Source of the DNA: Octopus sinensis
Lineage: Eukaryota
Assembly: GCF_006345805.1 (NCBI RefSeq)
Contig: NC_043000.1
Span: forward strand, 1,550,001-1,614,000
Reading direction: 5' to 3'
Length of the DNA: 64,000 bases
Positions 36,713-48,851 of the stretch are shown piece after piece (the stretch's first letter is position 1; each line of letters starts with the position of its first letter). The position numbers and the translations under genes were made by a program. Below the pieces are notes generated by a model that made no database searches, was not told where the DNA came from, and was given only the letters and a program-made list of their open reading frames with translations.

Positions 36713-36752
36713 GTGTATGTTTGTGTGTCTGTGTTTATCCTCCCAACATCGC
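36455..36752 (+). mobile_element. SINE family A (5' half)
   Basis: Head to microsatellite. Confidence 0.85.
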
Positions 36753-37210
36753 TAGCCTTGATTTAGTAGGACAGTTCTCCAAACTATGTCTGGACAAGTA
36801 TTTCTCTACATATCAGAGCTGCTAATAAATATCGACATAACAGAACATTACTTCGCTATCACAGATTATTTCCACGTGTTTTTCCAACGGCAATGTCTAT
36901 ATCACGTGGTGGATTCCATGCTATTACGTCTCTTCGTCTTATGATATCCTTGGTGAAATCATATTAAATAGCTACGATCATAAATTTCTGCCGATGAAGT
37001 CTTCTGTGCTATTACATACACCTACTAATGTCTCTATTATTGGGTATAAATGTAACGTGAATGTAATTTTATCATTTCTTATATATGCGGTATCTTCGTT
37101 TATTTACAACGATAGAATATGTATTAAAGAAAAGATATTCACTTTATAAGCATACTTATGTGTACAAATATATTTACATATATAGGTTATATACACACAC
37201 ACATATACAT

Positions 37211-37392
37211 AAGAAATTGAGATGATGAAAGAGTAAACAATTATGTTACAGCTGTTTCTGTTATAAGTTGCACTGCAACCGTAGTTGACGGGGTGATATT
37301 CAAACATTCAACTATGAATGCATTGCACTTTATCGCAGAAACACCTGTAAGGCATAACGTAATTGCTTATTCCTTTATCATCCCAATTTCTT
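37211..37392. repeat. Foldback (arms ~80 bp, decaying outward)
   Basis: ttacagctgtttctg..gcactgca..tagttga versus tcaacta..tgcattgcac..cagaaacacctgtaa. Confidence 0.7.
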
Positions 37393-37634
37393 TTTAACAC
37401 TCTATACTTGATTGACACTTCGTACTGAAGCATATGTACATTGTACGCAATGCTTAAGTGAAATATATAAGCACTACACTGCGTGACCTTCCTCGACTAA
37501 TCGCAGCCCACCTTACAATCAACTTCTTTCATTCAAATTCAAAATGGCTGAAGACTAGCAACACGCTTGAAACTCGAAGTACAAACGAATTTGAATTAAA
37601 CTGTTCTGATCCATATATATATATAACCACAGAC

Positions 37635-38114
37635 TTGTCCAGAATTTTAGGAAAATATTATTATTAATGTAAAGTAGAGAAGCCATCTTATCATGGCTAA
37701 CCACATTGGGGAGGGGGTTGTTACTGTAGCTTTATAGCCCCAAGAGATCTTCGTCTCTAGCTGGCTCTAAACACAATATCTTGCAAAGGAGCCTTCACCT
37801 TCTCGCTACCTGGTGGTTGCCGCCCGTTGACGAGGGACAAACATCCCGAAACTAGTTCGAGCGTATCACTCAGGCTTGCGAGGAAGGGATGGCCTCCCTT
37901 TGCAAATACTCCAAAGACACAGATATTGTGTTTAGAGCCAGCTAGAGACGAAGATCTCTTGGGGCTATAAAGCTACAGTAACAACCCTCTCCTCAATGTG
38001 GTTAGCCATGTTAAGATGGCTTCTATACTTTACATTATCGAGCGATTACTGTTTCAATCTCATTCTGAGATTTAATTATGATTATTATTAATATATTCCT
38101 AAAATTCCAGACAA
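37635..38114. repeat. Foldback/MITE-like element with ~115-bp near-perfect arms
   Basis: 37665-37780 is the reverse complement of 37921-38037, with weaker outer arms. Confidence 0.85.
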
Positions 38115-38725
38115 ATCAGTAGTTAAAGATCGAATGAATTTACGGTTTTTAAAAAAAATTTTATTTCCTTTAATTTATTTTTGTTATTATTCTCATTTCC
38201 ATCTCTTTGTATTTCCTTCTTTTTTTTTCGTCAGAGAAATACTAAAAATACTATTTCGGTCTGGGTATAAAATGTGGAGAAACTAAAGATGATATAGCAA
38301 TGCTTTGACTCAGCTCACCTGAAGATGTGCTGGCATACTACTGTTGTTGAATCATATTAATACGATATTGCGTATCTGTCAGGCACGCAGTGACCAACAG
38401 CAGAATGTTATAGTCGAGTCTACTGTGTGTCTGACAATATATACCTCGGCTGCGAATGAAAGTGTAAGGGGGTCTTGGCCGTTTGCGTGGTGATCGCATT
38501 TAATTAGTTAATTTTCAATCATCATCAACCAATGAGAATTTTGTCTTACTCATTTTCGCCTTCTCTTCGTTGCATGCTATGTCGTTTTAGATTTTTCTAA
38601 TGATTTTCTAAAAATTAATATTATTAATATTTTTTTAAATACATTTCTTTATAGTACTGCTTATAATACGCTAACTGCTGTTCACTATATCTCTGTATGA
38701 TAGTAAACAAATGCGACAATTATTA

Positions 38726-38765
38726 TCTTCCTGTGGAAGAGCGTAGGCTCGAAACATAAGAGACG
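38726..38765 (+). ncRNA. Variant-core hammerhead-like motif V2 (decayed)
   Basis: CUGUGGAA-GAG cguagg CUC-GAAACAUA; CG to CA change in helix III. Confidence 0.3.
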
Positions 38766-38852
38766 TTATCAATTCCTGAGCGTTATACTAATACATCTGT
38801 TTGTTTTCTACACCACCTGTCTTCGTCTTTTGTTTTTATCGTGAACTCTCCC

Positions 38853-38932
<80 letters not shown>

Positions 38933-39235
38933 TGTTCGCCCTACCAAACACACTTACATACAGACGCACGCACTAACATATACATATATTTTTTGTTTTT
39001 TTATCTCGCCTCACACACACATACACACACGCACACGCACACACTCACACATACACACACATCATTTTCTGTTACCAACCTTCTTGTCTCCACTCTTTTG
39101 GGTTTAAAAACCTACTTTGCCCTTGTTTTCCAAAACTTCCGGTCTTTCAGCATGTGTACTTCGTAAACACCAGTCGCGTTTTTTTCCCCTCTTTCGCCCA
39201 CTTCGGGATCTTTCTTTTTTCTTCCTTCTCTTATG

Positions 39236-39270
39236 TTTCCGACGAAGAGCTCCGCTCGAAACGTCATACC
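39236..39270 (+). ncRNA. Variant-core hammerhead-like motif V3
   Basis: CCGACGAA-GAG cuccg CUC-GAAACGUC. Confidence 0.3.
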
Positions 39271-39360
39271 CTCCTTCTTCCATTTTCCTGAGCGCCTAAT
39301 AATAATAATACTGTAATTGTTCCACGTGTTGTTGTTTTTTCTGTTTTCCCGTTTGGATTA

Positions 39361-39431
<71 letters not shown>

Positions 39432-39457
39432 AAGGATGAAAAGGAACACACGAGTTG

Positions 39458-39913
39458 ATATATATGAAAAAATAAGTCAAAATAGAAAATGCTAAAATAA
39501 TTTTATAAAGAACATTTCAGTACCGGTTTCAGTCATTTTGAGACCTTTTCAACTGTAACGATTAAATAATTAAATTTAGAAAAATTAAAAGAAATGTTTT
39601 TTAAAGGAATATTTGTATAGTGTTCAAATATAAGTGGCATTTTCCTTGTTTCTGCCTTGCTCTGTCTCCCTTGTTCACACTTGTGAACCTCCAACCTACA
39701 AGTGTGAACAAGATTGACAGAGCAAGGCGGAAGGAAAATGCCACTTATATTTGAACACTATACAAATATTCCTTTTAAAAAACATTTCTTTTAATTTTTC
39801 TAAATTTAATTATTTAATCGTTACAGTTGAAAAGGTCTCAAAATGACTGAAACCGGTACTGAAATGTTCTTTATAAAATTATTTTAGCATTTTCTATTTT
39901 GACTTATTTTTTC

Positions 39914-39921
<8 letters not shown>
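39458..39921. repeat. Near-perfect 464-bp palindrome (13-nt loop)
   Basis: Arms 39458-39684 and 39698-39921; TA-repeat flanks. Confidence 0.9.
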
Positions 39922-39946
<25 letters not shown>

Positions 39947-39961
39947 TATATACATATACAT

Positions 39962-40002
<41 letters not shown>

Positions 40003-40496
40003 CATACACACACATACATACATATCTATATACACACACATTAGGAAGTTAAATACTATGACCAGTCGCAGAGACCATTGATTTCGCACCTATAAAGCAC
40101 TTAGCAGTATATGCGACTTGGGAGACTCAAATGACCGAAAGCACATAACTTCTTTACAACTGGGGGAAGAAATACGCCACGGTTAGTTAGTTGTGTAAAC
40201 CCAAAATATTTGTCTGCTCTACCAGCGGGACGGGATTATCCCCCTTACATCGGCTCCAGCCGTGGCGATATTCGATGGAGCTGAGGTGGGTCTATTCAAC
40301 GAATGAGAAATTCCGAGTTTTTAGTGGCAAATATTTTGAGAGCATTGTCTAAATACTTCTTTCCTGGAGTTTAAAAAGGCTCCGGGTCGAGAAAGTTTTT
40401 TTTAGGATCCTTGCCCTATCTGCCAAACAAAGCTTTTTCGGATATATGAACTACTGATGTTGATGATGATGATGACGACGACGACGACGATGATAT

Positions 40497-40612
<116 letters not shown>

Positions 40613-40623
40613 TATATATATAT

Positions 40624-40662
<39 letters not shown>

Positions 40663-41100
40663 TTACTACTAGATTTCCTCCCCAACCCTATAGGATAAAA
40701 GAATACCCCTGACACTACTTTCTTTAAATTCCTTTCATTTTGCTCTGTTTTGTTTATTTTTTTACTTGCTCTTCCTCTACCTCCTCATTCTCTCTCTTAT
40801 CATCTTGGCTATTTTTGTTCACTATATTCTTAGACACTATATGCTTATATACCTTATTTATCCTAAAGCCGATCCTTAACTTTCCCCCCTCAATCTATCT
40901 ACCTGTCTTTCTGTTTATTTATTTTTCTTTCCTTTTACCACTTTATAGCCACCTTCGCTACCATTCTGTTATTAAACGTTGCAATGTTCGCATGTTTTTT
41001 TCTGGATGTTTACAATATCAGGACTTTAACCCACATGGATCTACGCAGGATTGCACCTAAGGACTTATGCACTTCTTTCTACAACATCGGAAAGTTGAAC

Positions 41101-41508
41101 TCTCTTTACTTTCTTTTCTCTCTTTTACTTGTTTCAGTCATTTGACTGCGGCCATGCTGGAGCACCGCCTTTTAATCGAGCAACTCGACCCCAGGACTTA
41201 TTCTTTTTTTGTAAGCCCAGTACTTATTTTATCGGTCTCTTTTTGCTGAACCGCTAAGTGACGGGGACGTAAACACACCAGCATCGGTTGTCAAGCAATA
41301 CTAGGGGGACAAACACACACACATACACACATATATATATATATACGACAGGCTTCTTTCAGTTTCCGTCTACCAAATCCACTCACAAGGCATTGGTCGG
41401 CCCGGGGTTATAGCAGAAGACACTTACCCAAGATGCCACGCAGTGGAACTGAACCCGGAACCATGTGGTTAGTTAGCAAGCTACTTACCACACAGCCACT
41501 CCTGCGCC
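41101..41508 (-). mobile_element. SINE family A
   Basis: Full length, inside a Penelope-like unit. Confidence 0.9.
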
Positions 41509-41621
41509 TATGAACTGTGAACTTTTGTTTCTTTTTTCTTCTCTCTCTTCATCTCCTTATTCCTTTACTCCTGTCATCTATGTCATCATATTAATCTATA
41601 CCCTTCTCATTTCCTCTATTT

Positions 41622-41677
41622 GTTTCTGATGACGGTTAGTTCCATACTCTAGGATATCCCAGAAACAGCTGTAAGAC
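41622..41677 (+). ncRNA. Type I hammerhead-like motif H3
   Basis: guuu-CUGAUGA-cgg...cca-GAAACAGCUGUA-agac; palindromic helix III ACAGCUGU. Confidence 0.6.
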
Positions 41678-41812
41678 TTTGAATTTTTTTCCAATAATAA
41701 TAATGTATATGACTTGAGACGTTTACCTTGCCTTAACGTTTGTTGTCCTCTTTAACAATTATATATATATATTTTTTTTTCTCTCCTTCTTTCTGTGTTT
41801 TTTCTCTGTGTA

Positions 41813-41850
41813 TCTTTCTGTTGAAGAGCGTAGACTCGAAACGTTAAAGA
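41813..41850 (+). ncRNA. Variant-core hammerhead-like motif V4
   Basis: ucuuu-CUGUUGAA-GAG cguaga CUC-GAAACGUU-aaaga; perfect 5-bp helix I. Confidence 0.45.
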
Positions 41851-41978
41851 CTTGTTTTATTTATATTTCCTGAGCGCCATACTAATACAATTGTTTGTTT
41901 GTATTCCTCCTGCCTTCGTCTTTTGTTTATTTCCGTAAACCTGCCTTCGTCTTTTGTCTATTTTCATAAAGCTTCCCG

Positions 41979-42047
<69 letters not shown>

Positions 42048-42099
42048 ACCCGTGCTAGCTCGGAAAACGGACGTTAAACGATGATGATGATGGTATATA

Positions 42100-42345
42100 T
42101 ATATATTGTTGTATTTAGGGATGGTCATGTTGCCAGTTTAGCCAATAATAACACACGCACTATATATTTGGTGTTAATTTGCTTCAGCTTTATTTTATTT
42201 TTTACTTTAATCTTATTTCGGACAGAGTTCTTTCGTTATACTTCTCTGACCTCATCAGTGGTCCTTTGCTTTCTTCTTTCTTATTTGCGTCTCTCCTTTC
42301 TAACGATCAGCCATTTTGTATTTTTTTCTATATTTATATATAATT
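42100..42345 (-). mobile_element. Short hammerhead-bearing element (family of H2/H4)
   Basis: Aligns by eye to 5722-5916 through the core and the 3' end atgacc(a/g)tccc(t/a)aaata(c/t)aacaata, then (TA)n. Confidence 0.55.
42220..42264 (-). ncRNA. Minimal type I hammerhead-like motif H4
   Basis: gga(c)ca-CUGAUGA-G...C-GAAAGAACUC-ugucc; G10.1-C11.1 pair, 2-bp helix III, 5-bp helix I with one bulge. Confidence 0.6.
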
Positions 42346-42817
42346 AATTTTAACCTCATTCTTTATATCATAGATTCAATTAGATAGCCATGTAATGAAA
42401 GAAAAAATATTATGTAAGTTTTTTTAATTGTTGTGAATACGATTTTACTTTATAAACTTGGTTTGTTCTGGGCAGTTGCAATAAATATGAAATATAGCAA
42501 TAGTTGGCCATCAAACCTTCATTCTAATATGTTGATGAAATTGTTTCCTTGGATGTATGTACGCATGTTTATATATACATTACACACACACATGGACATA
42601 CGCACTCACACACACACACACACACACGCACGCACACACACACACATACATGTTCCTTTTGGAAAGATTCCATATGCCTCAAAATACTCAGACAGATTCA
42701 ACAAATGCCACCACAGAGTAGCTCTCCTTGGTCAGGGTGTTTTCCCTACCTTATAGTAAAGCCAGTAATAATAATCTTTCTAATCTGTAACATATTCACC
42801 ACCTTGCCTCAGGTCAT

Positions 42818-43153
42818 GAAGGCGCATGGCTCAGTGGTTAGAGCGTCGAGCTTACGATCGTGAGGTTGTGAGCTCGAATCCCGGACCGGGCTGCGTGTTG
42901 TGTTTTTGAGCAAAGCACTTTATTTCACATTGCTTCAGTTCACTCAGCTGTAGAAATGAGTTGCGACGTCACTGGTGCCAAGCTGTATCGACCTTTGTCT
43001 TTCCCTTGGATAACACTGGTGGCGTGGAGAGGGGAGGCCGGTATGCATGGGCGACTGCTGGTCTTCCATAAACAACCTTGCCCGGACTTGTGTCTAGGAG
43101 GGTAACTTTCTAGGTGCAATCCCATGGTCATTCATGACCGAAGGGGGTCTTTA
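42818..43153 (+). mobile_element. SINE family E
   Basis: A/B boxes; ~15-bp TSD cc(t/c)tgcctcaggtca. Confidence 0.85.
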
Positions 43154-43367
43154 CCCTGCCTCAGGTCAACAAATGAGAATTGGCCTAGCTAGTGTATTAA
43201 GAATAGATAGTTGCTCCCATTCATGAATTATTCGTGGTATATCCATATGTGGAGGGAGATAAATTAGATGAAATTCTATGTCTTTTTTCAGCAACGGCTT
43301 AATGTATTGGTGAACAGTCAATAGCATTGAAGAGCATAAAGATTAAAGTTATAGTTGAGTAAAAGTT

Positions 43368-43536
43368 AGCGTAGGAGTGGCTGTGTGGTAAGTAGCTTGC
43401 TAACCAACCACATGGTTCCGGGTTCAGTCCCACTGCGTGGCATCTTGGGCAAGTGTCTTCTGCTATAGCCCTGGGCTGACCAATGCCTTGTGAGTGGATT
43501 TGGTGGACGGAAACTGAAAGAAGCCCGTCGTATATA

Positions 43537-43591
<55 letters not shown>

Positions 43592-43816
43592 GTGTGTGTG
43601 TTTGTGTGTCTGTGTTTGTTCCCCTAGCATTGCTTGACAACCGATGCTGGTGTGTTTATGTCCCCGTCACTTAGCGGTTCGGCAAAAGAGACCGATAGAA
43701 TAAGTACTGGGCTTACAAAGAATAAGTCCTGGGGTTGATTTGCTCGACTAAAGGCGGTGCTCCAGCATGGCCGCAGTCAAATGACTGAAACAAGTAAAAG
43801 AGTAAAGAGTAAAGAG
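43368..43816 (+). mobile_element. SINE family A
   Basis: Full length. Confidence 0.9.
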
Positions 43817-43819
43817 TAC

Positions 43820-44560
43820 ATGGAGGACCGGAAGCTATTTGGATATTGGAAAAGAATTGCCTGTATCATGATGGTGCACACTGGGTATCAAAAGGCTGAC
43901 TTCATGACTTCTGCTCAGTGCTCCATGAACACTGTAAAGGCTGTAACATGTGACATGAACAGCTGCAACAGAGACTACAAAGCCATGGTCAGCAGGAAGG
44001 AAAGGACATAGCAGGCATTCGGATTATGTCCACACACCAGAATTCATTCAATAACTACAGAACCAAGTGATGGAAGATCCGAGTAAGGGGATCCGGGCTT
44101 TGGCGAAAGAGATGTGTTCTGGAGTCACCACCATGAAACTGGCTCTGAATTAAAACTTTTGCTATCACTCATGCAAGAGGTGCAAGAGACAAATTCTGAC
44201 AGCCAAGGCCAAGGAGAACCAAGGCCCAGCTTGCAGAAGATCCTTCAAAGCTCGAATTGGATTCATTGGCCACCTTCAAGGGCATCAACAACCCAACATA
44301 GACTAGAACGAAGACCATCATCCTCTGTAGAAAGAGGGATAGCCACCATGATGAATCCCATGAATTAAAATATTCAGAAAGACAACAGCCTCTCTGCCTG
44401 CAACACCAAGGCCAAGCTTGTAGTCAAGATCAAGGAGGCATTTGAAGATCTTCCTAGGGACACAATGAAGGACTCATACACCAGGTTCTGGAGCCATCGT
44501 GTATCTCTAGCCATCAAGTGGAAACTGAGGGCAGTTATACTGAGTAAACTGTTATCTGCT
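43820..44560 (+). mobile_element. Decayed Tc1/mariner transposase fragments
   Basis: TPEFIQ*LQNQVMEDPSKGIRALAKEM and KAKLVVKIKEAFEDLPRDTMK..VETEGSYTE* resemble Tc1-type N- and C-termini; TIRs not identified. Confidence 0.55.
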
Positions 44561-45327
44561 AGCCATAATCTAGTTGATACTTTTTGCATTTTTTTAATAT
44601 TTTATTTTTAGATGGGATATCATGTTTTCTTTTCATATATACATGCAATAACTTCTTTTGGTTTCTGTTTACCAAACCTACTCACAAGATTTTGGTTGAC
44701 CCAAGGCTAAAGTTGAAGGCATTTGCCCAACATGCCAAGGAGTAGGACTGAATTCCAAACCAAGAAATTGGGGAGCAAACCTCTTAACTTCACAGCCATG
44801 CCTGAGCCTATACCACTAAATCTATTACATTTTATCTACATGAGTCAATGAGGGAACATCTATGTGCTAGAAATAGTGCTTGATCTGCAAAAATATCAGT
44901 CAAATGTCTCTCAAATCTCACTGACCTTTTAAAAAAGGAGACATTGGATGATGTCATACAGAGAGTATAATACATGAGAAAGAAAATGAAATAAACTGAA
45001 ACAGCTTTAATCATAAATCAGCAAACCAGAGCCGACCTGGGTCAACACACTAAAGAAATCTTAGGCATACAACCTAATTGTTTAACCTATTCGTTAGGAG
45101 ATTTCTATTGCTATGTACATACTGCCATTGCTTTCAATGACTTTGAAAATAATGAACAATCTATTAAAATATCTTCATCATTTAACATCTGTTTTCCGTG
45201 CATGCATGGGTTGGACAGGTTGACAGAACCTGGCCAGGTGACGAGCTGTCCAGGTTCCATGTCTGTTTTGGCATGGTTTCTATGGCTAGATGCCTTTCAT
45301 CATTATTAACCCTTTCATCATTATTAA

Positions 45328-45549
45328 CCCTTTCATTACAGAAATCACGCATATCCTCACAAAATTTCACTACCTTTAACAGTGGTATACACCATTTTAT
45401 CATTTGTTGAGGAATGTGTTTGAAACTACTTTTTCTGCGATATATCAAGTTTATTGAGGCAATGTAACTTACAGAAAATATCAGTTCTAGTTTTTGGCAG
45501 GTATTCAACATCATTCCTGGAATAACCATTTTATTTTGCAGTTAAAGGG
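45328..45549. mobile_element. piggyBac-like TTAA MITE
   Basis: TTAA|CCCTTT ... AAAGGG|TTAA. Confidence 0.6.
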
Positions 45550-45715
45550 TTAAGCTGGTGTTTGGAACATAAACAAACATGAAATTTTGATGGATGGTTT
45601 TTAATAAAACAGGGGTGGTCTTGGGTGGGTTGTTGTCAAAAGGGTTAAGAATGTTCTGTCTTCCTCGTGTGGAGTACCTGGGTGTACTGCCTGCTTTGGT
45701 ATTTTCTGCTTTTGT

Positions 45716-46010
45716 GGAGGCACATGGCCTAGTGGTTAGAGCAGTGGCTTCACGATCAAGGGATCGTGGGTTCGAATCTCAGACCGGGCGATGTGTGTGT
45801 TTATGAGCGAAACACCTAAGCTCCACGCAGCTCCGGCAGAAGGTAATGGCGAACTTCTGCTCTTTCGCCACAACTTTCTCTCTCTTTCCTCCTGCATCTT
45901 GCAGCTCACCTGCGACAGACCAGCGTCCCATCCGGGTGGGGAACCTATACGCCAAGGAAACCAGCCCTTATGAGCCATGCATGGCTCGAGAAGGAACAAA
46001 CAGCAAAACT
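45716..46010 (+). mobile_element. SINE family F (family-B-like 5' half, different 3' half)
   Basis: Shares the head and gagcgaaacacctaagctccacg..gctccggcag with B; TSD-like tttctgctttt. Confidence 0.75.
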
Positions 46011-46321
46011 TTCTGCTTTTATGTACTCTCTGCTTTTCAAGAAACCACAGTACATACATTCTATTCTGTGCATTGATCAAACACACTGGACACATATACT
46101 CCACAGTGTGCAGTAGCTGAACAAAGCAGCTAGTTCAACTGCTAAAAGTAGCAGCTAAATCTTTTTTGAATTACACCCTTTGTTTTGTTTTATCCTTTAA
46201 TGCTTTAGTATTTTCACTGACCAAAGTCAGCCCAAGTATTTTATCTGTTTTATGTTGAAACTTGCCAGATCCAGCCTCTCAGACCTACACTACAATGTCA
46301 TTCTAAAAATAAACAATAACA

Positions 46322-46719
46322 GGCATAGGAGTGGCTGTGTAGTAAGTAGCTTGCTTACAAACCACATGGTTCCAGGTTCAGTCCCACTTCGTGGCTCCTT
46401 GTGCAAATGTCTTCTACTATAGCCTCAGGCTGACCGAAGCCTTGTGAGTGGATTTGGTAGACGGAAACTGAAAGAAGCCCGTCGTATATATGTATATATG
46501 AGTGTGTGTGTGTATATGTTTGTGTGTCTGTGTTTGTCCCCCAACATTGCTTGACAACTGATGTTGGTGTGTTTACGTCCCCATAACTTAGTGGTTCAGC
46601 AAAAGAGACCGACAGAATAAGTACTAGGCTTACAAAGAATAAGTCCTGAGGTCGATTTGCTCAACTAAAGGTGGTGCTCCAGCATGGCCACAGTCAAATG
46701 ACTGAAACAAGTAAAAGAG
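46322..46719 (+). mobile_element. SINE family A
   Basis: Full length, inside a decayed TTAA-MITE-like sequence. Confidence 0.9.
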
Positions 46720-46785
46720 AATCACATCTTTAAAATCTTGAAGCTATAAGATACTACACTATTAATTTTTTTAAATGTCATCATC

Positions 46786-46997
46786 ATCATTTAACGTCCA
46801 TCTTCCATGCTAGCATGGGTAAAATGGTTCCACAAGAGCTGGCCAGGCCAAAGCTTACACCAGACTTCTGTGACTGTTTTGGCAGGATTTTTACAGCCGG
46901 ATGCCCTTCCTAACGCCAACCACTCAGCAGAGTGAACTTATTGCTTTTTACGTGGCACAAGCACAGGTGAGGTGAGTAGTGCTTTTTACATGGCACT
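46786..46997 (-). mobile_element. Retroposon family D (diverged)
   Basis: Same tail and ggatgcccttcctaacgccaac motif. Confidence 0.7.
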
Positions 46998-47192
46998 AAA
47001 TAAATAAATAAATATTACATTTGATGAAGTAATCTGAATGCTAAAGAGTTAGTGTCTGCTTTTCTGCTTGCATGTATTAGACAAAGAGTTTATTTGAGGC
47101 AGGATTTTACAGCTGGATGCTCTTCTTGTCTGTTTTTCAAATAAAGAATTTTATAGTTCAGAAGTCTTCAAAAGCAAAAAGCAACCATTCAT

Positions 47193-47904
47193 GTCAATAT
47201 CTATTTCTTTATTACCCACAAGGAGCTAAACACAGAGAGTACAAACAAGGTCAGACAAACAGTTTAAGTCGATTATATTGACCCCAGTGCGTAACTAGTA
47301 CTTATTTAATCGACCCCGAAAGGATGAAAGGCAAAGTCTACCTCGGTGGAATTTGAACTCAGAATGTTCAGACAGATGAAATACCGTTAAGCATTTCGCC
47401 CTGTGTGCTAACGATTCTGCAAGCTTGCCGCCTTCATGTCAATATCATCACCACTTCACTCAAATGGTGACATGCATGGAATATCAACATTCACACACAC
47501 ACACACACACACAAAATGGGATTCCTACAATTTCTGTCAGCCAAATTCACTCAGAAAGTCAATGGTTGGCTCAGGGCTACACTAAGACATTTAGTCAAAT
47601 GCTGAGCAGGAGAACCAAAACCTCCAGATCATGCGGTTAAAAAACAAACTTCTTCACCACACAACCATACCTATTTCTATACTACCCACAAGAGACTAAA
47701 CACAGAGGGGACGAACAAGGACAGACAGATGGATTAAGTCGATTATATCGACCCCAGTGTGTAACTGGTACTTAATTTATCGACCCTGAAAGGATGAAAG
47801 GCAGAGTCGACCTCAGCGGAATTTGAACTCAGAACATAATGGCAGATGAAATGCCGCTAAGCATTTCGCCCGGCGTGCTAACATTTCTGCCAGCTCGCTG
47901 CCTT
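47193..47904 (-). mobile_element. Two SINE family C copies (47193-47434, 47671-47904)
   Basis: Full-length modules. Confidence 0.85.
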
Positions 47905-48851
47905 CATACCTCCAACCTGCTATCCTAAAAAGGATATAATGCATTAGATAATGTTTGTCTGAAAAAAATAAGACGAGATGATCATGGATGGAACACATTT
48001 CATCATTAGTCAGATCAATTAAGGTTGTCCTAAAAGAAAATGATGCCAAAATATACTGCTTGTGTACTGTGTGGTAATAACTAGCTGCACAGTTTTGTTG
48101 CTTATAAGACACGCCTGTTACATCCACTCTTTATTGTGTTGTAGAAGATGTTGTATGATGCATGCACTCAATATTCTGCAGTTGCTACTACATTATATAC
48201 CAGGCACATGCACATTATACATGGCAGATGTCACTGCAGTACATCATGGTAAAACTGCACCTTCTACTGCACTACTTTTACTGCACTGCACCTTCCATCT
48301 TCAACTGTGCAGTTTTTGATATATATCACACATGCAATTTGTCATGTGCAACAGTTACTCCAGTACATCACTGGTGCATTTACTTTCTACTGTGCAATAT
48401 ATCATGCATTTTCTACATTGCAGCTGTTGTTGCAGTAGAGCAAGCACCTGACACATGCATTCCTCTACTGTTCAGTTATTGCTACTGCACATCAACAAAA
48501 CATGAACTCACAACTGTGCAGTACATGTTACATCTGATATAGGCACCATGCAATTATATGTGCAGTTTATAATGCACTTGACATATGCAGTCATCACTGC
48601 AATAAATTATGCATGTGATACATACACTGTCTATTGTGCAGCTGTCACTTGCAATATTATCCACTTGCAATATGCACTCTTTGCCATTTGGTGGCTAATT
48701 ATGTACAGCATGCACCTGATATCTGCACTCTTCGGCAGTTACAGTAGTATACCATGCACCTGATACAAGCACCATCCACTGTGCAGTAACCACTGCAGTA
48801 TCACATCACATGTATGTGACGGTCTCCCGCAGCTGCCCCACTCTTACTCAC

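Larger units (their letters stand above)
38690..39365 (+). mobile_element. Two Penelope-like terminal units (V2, V3), each ending at (TA)n
   Basis: Shared gaagag..ctcgaaac..ttcctgagcg..taata..ttgtt scaffold with the 17295 and 41770 copies. Confidence 0.5.
40690..41980 (+). mobile_element. Two stacked Penelope-like terminal units (carry H3 and V4), interrupted by SINE A
   Basis: Pyrimidine-rich UTR-like sequence and hammerhead motifs; each unit ends in (TA)n. Confidence 0.5.

Noticed and set aside
45460-45520. Exon-like 44-nt segment on the minus strand
   Set aside because: Lies inside a TTAA MITE and has a stop in the frame needed to follow the 48852 donor.
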